Positions 55,077-62,604 of a stretch of DNA of 64,000 nucleotides are shown here, piece after piece. Position 1 is the stretch's first letter. Every line of letters begins with the position of its first letter. The stretch covers positions 1,345-65,344 of the forward strand of contig JBDRHE010000072.1 of NCBI GenBank assembly GCA_043817155.1, written 5' to 3'. The stretch comes from Candidatus Omnitrophota bacterium. GTDB taxonomy: Bacteria > Omnitrophota > Gorgyraeia > JABMRN01 > RBG-13-46-9. The translations under genes were made by a program, and so were the position numbers. The notes beneath the pieces were generated by a model. That model made no database searches, was not told where the DNA came from, and saw only the letters and a program-made list of their open reading frames with translations.

Positions 55077-55252
55077 TTAAGTGCACGCTCTGTGGACTTG
55101 AATTCAATAAAAGTGACGCGAAGGGCGGCTGCACGAGCTGTCCGATGTTAAAGAATAATTGCGAACTTGTAAGGTGTCCCAACTGCGGGTTTGAGACAGT
55201 TTGCCCCGTGGAACGGTCCAAAGATAAAAAGGAAGGAAACCTACCGAAATGA
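55073..55252 (+). CDS. Small Cys-rich (8 Cys) zinc-ribbon-like protein.
   Basis: MIKCTLCGLEF...GGCTSCPMLKNNCELVRCPNCGFE. Translationally coupled (TGATG-type overlap) to feoB and dtxR. Confidence 0.4.
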   Translation: MIKCTLCGLEFNKSDAKGGCTSCPMLKNNCELVRCPNCGFETVCPVERSKDKKEGNLPK

Positions 55253-55887
55253 TATTGACGGACAAAGAAGAAGAGATATTGGAGAGGCTTTGGATAGAGT
55301 TGATAGAACAGAAGAAGGGTCTCTGTGATCCCGAGACCTTCAGAGACAATGAAAGCCTCGAACGCTTAGACGATCTGGGCTATATAAAAATAGAAGAAGC
55401 CCGGATAACTCTTACAGCGAAGGGTGAAGGCGAAGCGAAATATTGCGTAAGAAGGCACCGTCTGGCAGAGAGATTATTTGTAGATGTGTTTGACATCAAA
55501 ATGAAATCGGCTCACGCTCCAAGCTGCAAATTTGAACATCTGCTTCATAAGGGACTTGATGAGAGCATATGTACGCTTTTGGGTCACCCGAAAACATGTC
55601 CACATGGGAAGGCTATACCCGAAGGCAATTGTTGTAATAGGGCCAGGGTGGATCCAAAGAAAATTATAATGCCCTTGCACGAACTAGATGTGAATAAGAA
55701 AGCAAAGATCTGCTATCTTCAGACAAAAGACTCAAGCACCTTGCAGAAGGCCATTGCGATAGGCGCATTGCCTAATACGGAGATCTCTCTTATACAGAAG
55801 ACCCCCTCTATCGTGTTCCAGGTAGGGAAGAGTCAATTCGCCATAGACACCGAACTCGCAAGTCATATATACGTAAGGATATTATAG
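55249..55887 (+). CDS. DtxR/MntR family metal-dependent transcriptional regulator with a C-terminal FeoA (SH3-like) domain.
   Basis: N-terminal HTH. Metal-site residues in RRHRLAERLF...HAPSCKFEH. C-terminal FeoA-like beta domain. Confidence 0.7.
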   Translation: MILTDKEEEILERLWIELIEQKKGLCDPETFRDNESLERLDDLGYIKIEEARITLTAKGEGEAKYCVRRHRLAERLFVDVFDIKMKSAHAPSCKFEHLLHKGLDESICTLLGHPKTCPHGKAIPEGNCCNRARVDPKKIIMPLHELDVNKKAKICYLQTKDSSTLQKAIAIGALPNTEISLIQKTPSIVFQVGKSQFAIDTELASHIYVRIL

Positions 55888-55889
55888 AG

Positions 55890-56807
55890 ATGGACTATCA
55901 GGCGATGACCACAGATTTTATTCATACACTTAAATACTATCTGATCGAGATAATACCCGCTCTCGGGATCGGGTTCTTCCTGAGCGGGCTGGTCCACGAG
56001 TTTATCCCTTCCCACTGGATAAACAGGCATCTTGGCGGCAGGGGAATGAAGGGCATTCTATATTCTACATTAATAGGTACACTTATGCCTGTATGTTGTT
56101 GGGGGTCTCTTCCGATAGCAATGAGCTTTTACATGAGAGGGGCGTCTCTAGGGCCGGTACTCGCGATACTCATTGCCACGCCTGCCACCTCGATCAATGC
56201 GATCATCGTAACCGGTAAATTCTTTGGACTTAAGCTCGCGGCATTCCTATTCTTCTCCGTTATATCGATAGGTGTAACAGCCGGCATAGTCGGTAACATG
56301 ATAAAGGTAAAGCGGAGAGAGTTACCTGACGAGTCGTGTGAATGCCCAACATGCGAGACTGATGAAGGCAAGAGTAAGCCACAGAAGAGAGGACTCAGTC
56401 AGCGCCTCTTGTCCGTTCTCAAGTTTGCGTACATTGATATGCCGAAGAGAATCGGGGTAGAGACGGCTATAGGTCTTCTGCTCGCGGCATTTATAAGCAC
56501 AGTAACTCCCGTTGGGTATTTAGTAAAGAACTACCTGGCAGGGAGCGCGGGATATATATTCTCTGTAATCTTCGGGCTTGCCATGTATATGTGCGCTACC
56601 ATGGGAGTGCCTCTAGTTTACGCTTTTGTAAAACAGGGGCTCGCGATCGGTCCGGGCTTCACGCTACTTCTAATTGGGCCTATCACAAGCTACGGCACAA
56701 TACTTGTGCTGAAGAAGGAATTCGGAATGAAGATACTGGGGATATATCTATCCTTAATATGCGTTACATCGGTACTTTTAGGATATGTATATAGCCTGAT
56801 CCGGTAA
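55890..56807 (+). CDS. Permease of the DUF318/UPF0718 family (two-repeat membrane protein with a central Cys-rich cytoplasmic loop).
   Basis: About 8 TM helices. PVCCWGS motif and CECPTCE loop. Confidence 0.55.
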   Translation: MDYQAMTTDFIHTLKYYLIEIIPALGIGFFLSGLVHEFIPSHWINRHLGGRGMKGILYSTLIGTLMPVCCWGSLPIAMSFYMRGASLGPVLAILIATPATSINAIIVTGKFFGLKLAAFLFFSVISIGVTAGIVGNMIKVKRRELPDESCECPTCETDEGKSKPQKRGLSQRLLSVLKFAYIDMPKRIGVETAIGLLLAAFISTVTPVGYLVKNYLAGSAGYIFSVIFGLAMYMCATMGVPLVYAFVKQGLAIGPGFTLLLIGPITSYGTILVLKKEFGMKILGIYLSLICVTSVLLGYVYSLIR

Positions 56808-56828
56808 GGGAGTTTTTTAACCGGTAAT

Positions 56829-56866
56829 CATTCCAACCCCGGGCTGAACAACCCGGGGCTGGAATG
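56829..56866. repeat. Family D short hairpin, copy D5.
   Basis: CATTCCAACCCCGGG-CTGAACAA-CCCGGGGCTGGAATG. Confidence 0.75.
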
Positions 56867-56921
56867 CGCATCTCGGCTGTTGACGAAAAGTGACGATTAT
56901 CGAGACTCGACCCCAAGTTAT

Positions 56922-57662
56922 ATGAGAAAATTCGCTCTTATTGCATTGGTGTTTTTTAATGCTGCATGCGCCTGGTGCCCTTTATGGCTTTTCACTCAGG
57001 ATTCTGTAGAAGAGAATATATTTTTTTCATATGAAAGATTCTATCCCCAGGCAAGTGTGGTAAAAGATCCTCACCGGGATGGCATAGTACAGACCAACAT
57101 AAGCGATTTTATGCAAAATTATTCAGACGGCATATACGCCATATCCGCGGGGGAAACGGAAAAAGCAAAAAGTAACCTATTAAAAGCGCGGGCAATCTGG
57201 CCGGAATATTTCGGCACGGATTTTCTTTTGGCCCGTGTAAACGAAGACGAGAGGCACTATGGCCTGTCAGCCAGATTTTACAAAAGTTATTTAAATAAAT
57301 TAAGATCTTTGTCCGCAGGGGAATACAGGGTTTCAGAAAAGCTCATAGAGACTATAACCCCTTACAAAATAGAGAACTATGACGAGGCATATATATTCGT
57401 TGAAGAGAGGCTAATGCGATACGGTATAGATCTGGCCAGAGTCCGACCTGTTTATATGATCCTGCCTTTTATCAAGTATTTGATCATATTTTTCGTAATA
57501 GGGACAGGGTGTATAGCAGTGGTTTACAAGGTTATACCGTATATTAAGATGCGGCAGCTTATAAAAAATCCTCCCGAAGGATTTTGGGTGTGTAGTAATT
57601 GCGGAACGGAAAACACTCTGCTTCAAAAAAAATGTGAAAAATGCGACAATTTTAAACAATAG
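56922..57662 (+). CDS. Hypothetical protein with an N-terminal signal/TM segment, a TPR-like segment, a C-terminal TM segment and a zinc ribbon.
   Basis: MRKFALIALVFFNAACA N-terminus and C-terminal WVCSNCGTENTLLQKKCEKC motif. Confidence 0.45.
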   Translation: MRKFALIALVFFNAACAWCPLWLFTQDSVEENIFFSYERFYPQASVVKDPHRDGIVQTNISDFMQNYSDGIYAISAGETEKAKSNLLKARAIWPEYFGTDFLLARVNEDERHYGLSARFYKSYLNKLRSLSAGEYRVSEKLIETITPYKIENYDEAYIFVEERLMRYGIDLARVRPVYMILPFIKYLIIFFVIGTGCIAVVYKVIPYIKMRQLIKNPPEGFWVCSNCGTENTLLQKKCEKCDNFKQ

Positions 57663-57697
57663 GAACAGTGACCATTTTTTAAAAAAAGGAGGAGAAG

Positions 57698-57925
57698 ATG
57701 GCAGAAGCTGAAAGCAAACATGATAAATTTAAAAGGCTGGCATCGCTAAGGGTGACGAATGCAATAAAGAAGATAGAGCTGATAGGGAACCTGACCGGTT
57801 CCGGTTACGAATCCACACCGGAAGAGGTGGAGAAGATATTCAAGGCCATCCAGGATACACTGGACGTTGTTAAAGGCAAATTTTCCAAGACAAAGAGGGT
57901 AGACAGCAGCAAGTTCGAGCTGTAA
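57698..57925 (+). CDS. Small hypothetical protein (75 aa).
   Basis: Strong AAAGGAGGAG ribosome-binding site. No recognised family. Confidence 0.4.
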   Translation: MAEAESKHDKFKRLASLRVTNAIKKIELIGNLTGSGYESTPEEVEKIFKAIQDTLDVVKGKFSKTKRVDSSKFEL

Positions 57926-57974
57926 TAAAGAGTGCCTTTTTTTAAATTGGCTATCCCATGTTATATCTTTTTTC

Positions 57975-58003
57975 TTGACAAAAGCCGAATTATAGTATAT
58001 AAT
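57975..58003 (+). promoter_or_regulatory. Consensus sigma70-type promoter TTGACA-17-TATAAT.
   Basis: TTGACA at 57975-57980 and TATAAT at 57998-58003. Predicted transcription start near 58010. Confidence 0.6.
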
Positions 58004-58025
58004 TGATAATGGAAACCGTTATCAA
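58003..58025 (+). promoter_or_regulatory. Inverted repeat TTGATAA-N9-TTATCAA overlapping the -10 element and transcription start: a candidate autoregulatory operator.
   Basis: Its arms match Fur-box half-sites (TGATAAT). Confidence 0.4.
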
Positions 58026-58038
58026 TAGGAGATGCGAA

Positions 58039-58509
58039 ATGCCCAGACGAGACGGAACAGGGCCACCATGGTGGCATGGAAGATTTAGGGGATGTGGCTA
58101 CAGGATGACTGTGCCGAGGCAGGCTATATTAGATGTATTATGCAGAACATCCAAGCATCTAAGCGCTGAGGATGTATATATGGCTGTTCATAAGGTCTAT
58201 CCCAATGTCGGCCTTACTACGATCTATCGTACTTTAGAATTATTGGTCCAGATGGGACTTGTTTTTAAGTTCGATTTCGGTGATGGAAGAGCACGCTATG
58301 AGTTATCAGAAGGACCAAAGGGAGCCAGGCATCACCATCATTTAGTCTGCACAAGCTGTGGCAGAGCCATTGATTATACAGATTTCATAGATGAAGAAGT
58401 AGAATTGCTTAACCAAACCGAAAAAGGACTCTCAAAAAAGTACAATTTCAAAATTACAAATCATCTCATCCAGTTCTATGGGCAATGCGATAGGTGTAAG
58501 AAGGGATAA
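58039..58509 (+). CDS. Fur family transcriptional regulator (second paralog) with a 22-aa Gly/Pro/Arg-rich N-terminal extension (MPRRDGTGPPWWHGRFRGCGYR).
   Basis: AGGAG ribosome-binding site 7 nt upstream of the ATG at 58039. The Fur core starts MTVPRQAILDVL. HHHHLVCTSCG regulatory site. Confidence 0.7.
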   Translation: MPRRDGTGPPWWHGRFRGCGYRMTVPRQAILDVLCRTSKHLSAEDVYMAVHKVYPNVGLTTIYRTLELLVQMGLVFKFDFGDGRARYELSEGPKGARHHHHLVCTSCGRAIDYTDFIDEEVELLNQTEKGLSKKYNFKITNHLIQFYGQCDRCKKG

Positions 58510-58521
58510 ATTTTTTTTCAA

Positions 58522-58548
58522 TGTAAATGACAATGATTGTCATTTACA
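58522..58548 (+). promoter_or_regulatory. Perfect 13-1-13 palindrome TGTAAATGACAAT-G-ATTGTCATTTACA, a Fur-family 7-1-7-type operator candidate (core TGACAATgATTGTCA).
   Basis: Lies between the Fur-family gene and the downstream small-protein/NifX-like operon. Compare the Fur box TGATAATnATTATCA. Confidence 0.55.
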
Positions 58549-58565
58549 AAAAAAAGGTGATTAAT

Positions 58566-58850
58566 ATGCCAGGTGGAGACGGAACTGGCCCTATTGGAAT
58601 GGGGCCGATGACAGGTGGTGGTAGAGGCCATTGTGCTGTTTCGGTTGGAAGAACGCGGAATCGTACTTTTGCCGGGAGATCTTTTGGTGGAGGCAGACGT
58701 CGAGGCTGCGCCGGCCTGCCGACTTGGATGCGATTTAATCAAATGCAGGCAGAAGAAGAGCTTGAAACGCTTAAAGCATATGCGGGTGACATGAAACAAG
58801 AACTCGCGAATATAGAAGAGCGCATAGAAACTCTGCAAAAGTCAAAATGA
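58566..58850 (+). CDS. Small Gly/Pro/Arg-rich protein with a C-terminal coiled coil. It resembles the DUF5320-type proteins found next to NifX-like genes in anaerobes.
   Basis: MPGGDGTGPIGMGPMTGGGRGHCA... then EELETLKAYAGDMKQELANIEERIETLQK. AAGGTGA ribosome-binding site. Confidence 0.55.
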   Translation: MPGGDGTGPIGMGPMTGGGRGHCAVSVGRTRNRTFAGRSFGGGRRRGCAGLPTWMRFNQMQAEEELETLKAYAGDMKQELANIEERIETLQKSK

Positions 58851-58884
58851 GAAAGTAAATAAGAAAGAGATACACACGATATAA

Positions 58885-59259
58885 ATGGAGGAACTGATGA
58901 AACTAGGGATAACTCTGGAAGATGAGAGAGGCATAGATGGCAATGTATCGCTTCATTTCGGGCAATGCAAATATTTTCTCATTGCGGACATAGAAGGCAA
59001 AAAGGTTGCGTGTTCAAAGGTTGTGCCTAATACAGCTGTGCATGGTGGTGGAGGATGTGTTGCAGTGGATGAGATTCTAAAACACAATATTACCCATGTT
59101 ATATCAGGCGGTATGGGTATGGGCGCCCAGAATAAATTTGCTCAAGCAGGCGTTAAGGTTTTTGGATATTCTGGCAAGGTAAAAGACGCGGTAGACGCGC
59201 TTATTAAGAATAATCTAGGCGGATTAGATGCTTGTCATCAGCATGGAGAGTGTAGTTAA
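58885..59259 (+). CDS. NifX/NifB-C-terminal-like dinitrogenase FeMo-cofactor-binding domain protein.
   Basis: About 120 aa with HFGQCKYFLIADIEGKK... and VISGGMG motifs of the NifX/NafY fold. Confidence 0.7.
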   Translation: MEELMKLGITLEDERGIDGNVSLHFGQCKYFLIADIEGKKVACSKVVPNTAVHGGGGCVAVDEILKHNITHVISGGMGMGAQNKFAQAGVKVFGYSGKVKDAVDALIKNNLGGLDACHQHGECS

Positions 59260-59271
59260 AAAAAGGAGATA

Positions 59272-59652
59272 ATGATGAAAGTTTGTGTTACCTCAGAAGG
59301 AAATGCTTTAGATGCCAAGGTTGATCAGCGTTTTGGAAGATGCCAGTATTTCATATTTGTTGATACAGAGACCTTAGAATTTGAGGCAATTGAAAACCCT
59401 AACATTAGTGCTTCTGGCGGTGCCGGTATTCAAGCAGCTCAACTTGTTGCACAGGAGGAAGTAAAGGCAATTTTGACCGGCAATGTGGGTCCAAATGCCT
59501 TTCAAACGTTACAAGCAGCAGGGATCGGTGTGATTACCGGAGCATCCGGTACTGTTAAAGATGTGATAGAGAAGTACAAAAAGAGTGAATTTAAGCCAAC
59601 CCAGGGTCCAAGTGTAAATTCGAAATTCGGCATACCCGGAAAAGAAAAGTAA
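59272..59652 (+). CDS. NifX-like FeMo-cofactor-binding domain protein (paralog).
   Basis: RFGRCQYFIFVD and ILTGNVGPNA motifs. Strong ribosome-binding site. Confidence 0.7.
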   Translation: MMKVCVTSEGNALDAKVDQRFGRCQYFIFVDTETLEFEAIENPNISASGGAGIQAAQLVAQEEVKAILTGNVGPNAFQTLQAAGIGVITGASGTVKDVIEKYKKSEFKPTQGPSVNSKFGIPGKEK

Positions 59653-59666
59653 GGGAGGATCATAAG

Positions 59667-59891
59667 ATGCCATTTAAAGACGCAGCGGGACCAATCGGTC
59701 AGGGTCCAGGTCAAGGTCGAGGCATGGGTAGAGGAGGTAGGCGAAGCAGAGGTCGTCACATTGCGCCTGGCGCAGGACCCGGGGGATATTGTGTCTGCCC
59801 AAGATGTGGCACAAAGATTTCTCATCAGGCCGGGGCACCATGCGGTTCTTTAAATTGTTCAAAATGTGGAAGTCGAATGGCGCGGGAGTAA
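59667..59891 (+). CDS. Small Gly/Pro/Arg-rich protein with a C-terminal zinc ribbon (paralog of the N-termini at 58039 and 58566).
   Basis: MPFKDAAGPIGQGPGQGRGMGRGGRRSRGR...CVCPRCG...CSKCG. AGGGAGG ribosome-binding site. Confidence 0.5.
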   Translation: MPFKDAAGPIGQGPGQGRGMGRGGRRSRGRHIAPGAGPGGYCVCPRCGTKISHQAGAPCGSLNCSKCGSRMARE

Positions 59892-59894
59892 TTC

Positions 59895-60503
59895 TTGGAA
59901 GAGCAATTATCAGAAAACCATAAAAGATATTTAGAGAGAATAAATTTTTACAAAGATTTTGGTTATGATGTTGAAGAAGAGAGAAAATTTATCTTAGAAA
60001 AGTCATGCCCTCTCTATGGAGATATAGTAGAGGTAGGAACGGGCAAGGGATATTTCACTGTTGAACTTGCCAAAGAAGGATACAACTTTACCACTATAGA
60101 TATTTCAGATGAAGAGCAGGAATTTGCCAGACTTAATATAAGATATTTCGGCCTTGAAAAACTTGTAGATTTTAGAATAGAGAACGCCGAGTACTTGAGT
60201 TTTGATAATTCCAGCTTCGATATAATATTTTCTATTAATACAATTCATCATCTTACCAATCCGGCTAAGGTAACAGAAGAGCTGATAAGGATAGTTACTC
60301 TTGAAGGAAAGATAATTTTAAGCGATTTCACCGAAGACGGTTTAAAAATTATAAATAAAATTCATGCAACTGAAGGACGAGTGCATGAAGCCGGTCAAAC
60401 AAGTTTATCAGAAGTAGGTAATTATTTAGAGCAGAGAAGATTCGGTATGCAAAAGCATAAAAGCAGGTTTCAGGAGATACTTATCGCATATCGCCAAAGG
60501 TGA
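59895..60503 (+). CDS. Class I SAM-dependent methyltransferase.
   Basis: VEVGTGKGYFT motif I. TTG start. Its stop codon lies inside repeat A4. Confidence 0.65.
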   Translation: MEEQLSENHKRYLERINFYKDFGYDVEEERKFILEKSCPLYGDIVEVGTGKGYFTVELAKEGYNFTTIDISDEEQEFARLNIRYFGLEKLVDFRIENAEYLSFDNSSFDIIFSINTIHHLTNPAKVTEELIRIVTLEGKIILSDFTEDGLKIINKIHATEGRVHEAGQTSLSEVGNYLEQRRFGMQKHKSRFQEILIAYRQR

Positions 60504-60552
60504 TATGTGTTTTTGATGGAGGGGGGCCCGGACTTTAGTCCGGGGGCTCCAC
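60491..60552. repeat. Family A element, partial copy A4 (hairpin 3 plus spacer).
   Basis: TCGCCAAAGGTGATATGTGTTTTTGATGGAGGGGGGCCCGGACTTTAGTCCGGGGGCTCCAC. Ends 5 nt before the ATG of the MinD-like gene. Confidence 0.8.
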
Positions 60553-60557
60553 TAGTT

Positions 60558-61394
60558 ATGATTATATCAATTGCCAGCGGAAAAGGCGGAACAGGAAAAA
60601 CCACAGTTGCTACAAGTCTCGCCCTCTCCATAAATAGCGGTATTCAGCTTTTGGACTGTGATGTAGAAGAGCCCAACGCCCATATATTCCTAAAACCTAA
60701 AATTCAACAAAGCAAAACCGTATATATCCCCGTACCTAAAATAGACGAATCTAAATGTACCTTTTGCGGGAGATGTGCGGAAGTTTGCACTTATAATGCT
60801 CTTGCCGTACTGAAAGAGAAAGTTTTAACGTTCCCGCATCTATGCCACGGCTGTGGAGGGTGTAATCTTTTTTGTCCCCAGAAAGCGATTACAGAAGGCG
60901 ATAAAAAAATAGGTGTCGTAGAGATTGGCAATTCATCTCACGTGCAATTTGTGCATGGAAGATTAAATATTGGTGAAGTAATGTCGCCCCCCCTGATTAG
61001 AGCGGTTAAAGAGTATATCAACCCAACCAGATCCGTTATTGTAGACGCTCCTCCGGGTACATCCTGTCCTGTTATCGAATCGGTTAAGGGAAGCGACTTT
61101 TGTATATTAGTTACCGAGCCAACACCTTTTGGTTTAAATGATCTAATATTGGCTGTTGAGGTCTTGAAAAAATTAACTATACCTTTCGGGATAGCGGTCA
61201 ATAGGGCTGATATCGGAGATAGCAGCCTAGACGATTATTGCGAGAAAGAGAATATTCCTATACTAATGCGGATACCTTTTAAAAAGAAAATAGCTTTTGC
61301 CTATTCAAAAGGGCTTGCTCTTGTTAGTGAATTTCCAGAATATAAGAAGGAATTTATTCGAGTTTATAAAGAAATTTCAGAAAGAATAAGATGA
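60558..61394 (+). CDS. MinD/Mrp-like P-loop ATPase with an inserted 2x(4Fe-4S) ferredoxin domain.
   Basis: SGKGGTGKTT Walker A motif plus CTFCGRCAEVC and CHGCGGCNLFCP motifs. Confidence 0.75.
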   Translation: MIISIASGKGGTGKTTVATSLALSINSGIQLLDCDVEEPNAHIFLKPKIQQSKTVYIPVPKIDESKCTFCGRCAEVCTYNALAVLKEKVLTFPHLCHGCGGCNLFCPQKAITEGDKKIGVVEIGNSSHVQFVHGRLNIGEVMSPPLIRAVKEYINPTRSVIVDAPPGTSCPVIESVKGSDFCILVTEPTPFGLNDLILAVEVLKKLTIPFGIAVNRADIGDSSLDDYCEKENIPILMRIPFKKKIAFAYSKGLALVSEFPEYKKEFIRVYKEISERIR

Positions 61395-62236
61395 AGCAAA
61401 TAGTAGTAATCAGCGGAAAGGGTGGTACGGGTAAGACTGTGTTAACAGCATCATTTGCTGCTTTGGCGAAAAACGCTAGTTTCGCAGACTGTGATGTAGA
61501 TGCGCCTGATCTGCATTTATTATTAAAACCGGAAATAAAGGAAAAGCATGAATTTAGAAGCGGAAAGACGGCAAAGATAGATAAGAGACTCTGCCAGGAA
61601 TGCGGTAAATGTATTGATATATGCAGGTTTGATGCGTTACGTAAAGATTTTACAATAGATTCTATTTCCTGTGAAGGCTGTGCTGTTTGTAGTCGCGTAT
61701 GTCCAACTAATGCAATCACCATGGAAGAGAATCTATCGGGAGAATGGTTTATTTCAGAAACAAAATATGGCCCCATGGTACACGCAAGGCTTGGCATCGC
61801 TGAGGAAAACTCGGGTAAGCTTGTAACGTTAGTGAGGCAAAATGCGAAGAAAATCGCGGAAGAAAGAAATAAAGACTATTGTATTATTGATGGGCCTCCG
61901 GGAATTGGATGTCCGGTGATCGCTTCATTAGCCAATGTAGATCTAGCCTTGATAGTTACAGAACCCACCCTGTCGGGTATCCATGATATGGAACGGGTCG
62001 CCGATGTTACTAAGCACTTTAGCATCAATACAAAGGTCGTAATAAATAAGTACGATATTAATTTTAAAAACGCCCAGGATATTAGAAAAATATGCCAAGT
62101 CAGGAAAGTAGAAGTTGTGGCCGAGTTGCCCTTTTCTGAAAATGTAACCAGGTCGGTAGTGCGAGGTATGCCCATTGTTGAATTCTGCAATGACCAAATA
62201 GCAAAGGATATAGTTGCTTTATGGAAGAAGATTTAG
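61391..62236 (+). CDS. MinD/Mrp-like P-loop ATPase with an inserted 4Fe-4S ferredoxin domain (paralog).
   Basis: SGKGGTGKTV plus CQECGKCIDIC and CEGCAVCSRVCP motifs. ATGA overlap with the upstream gene. Confidence 0.75.
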   Translation: MKQIVVISGKGGTGKTVLTASFAALAKNASFADCDVDAPDLHLLLKPEIKEKHEFRSGKTAKIDKRLCQECGKCIDICRFDALRKDFTIDSISCEGCAVCSRVCPTNAITMEENLSGEWFISETKYGPMVHARLGIAEENSGKLVTLVRQNAKKIAEERNKDYCIIDGPPGIGCPVIASLANVDLALIVTEPTLSGIHDMERVADVTKHFSINTKVVINKYDINFKNAQDIRKICQVRKVEVVAELPFSENVTRSVVRGMPIVEFCNDQIAKDIVALWKKI

Positions 62237-62601
62237 TTGCTTATCCAGAACATATTATAGCGCTTGCTAAGGACTCCACACACTTTGGAAGAATGAATGA
62301 TCCTACGAGTGCAGCAATCATTAAAGGGCCTTGCGGCGATGAAATGGAATTTTATCTTGTTATTAAGGACAGGATTATTGAGGATATAAAATTTTACACT
62401 AAAGGATGCTTAGCTACAATCGTCTGCGGCTCTATGACCGCACAGTTAGCATTAGGAAAATCTATTGACGAAGTACTGGGGATTTCTCCCAAAGAGGTTG
62501 TTGATGCCTTGAGTGGTTTATCAGAAGATCACTGTCACTGCTCTATTTTGGCTGTCAGTGCCATTTATAGGGCCATTGCGGATTACCTACTTAAGAAATG
62601 A
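62221..62601 (+). CDS. IscU/NifU N-terminal-like Fe-S scaffold domain protein.
   Basis: GPCGDEM, GCLATIVCGS and HCHCS motifs (the three Cys plus His of IscU). Confidence 0.7.
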   Translation: MEEDLVAYPEHIIALAKDSTHFGRMNDPTSAAIIKGPCGDEMEFYLVIKDRIIEDIKFYTKGCLATIVCGSMTAQLALGKSIDEVLGISPKEVVDALSGLSEDHCHCSILAVSAIYRAIADYLLKK

Positions 62602-62604
62602 AAC

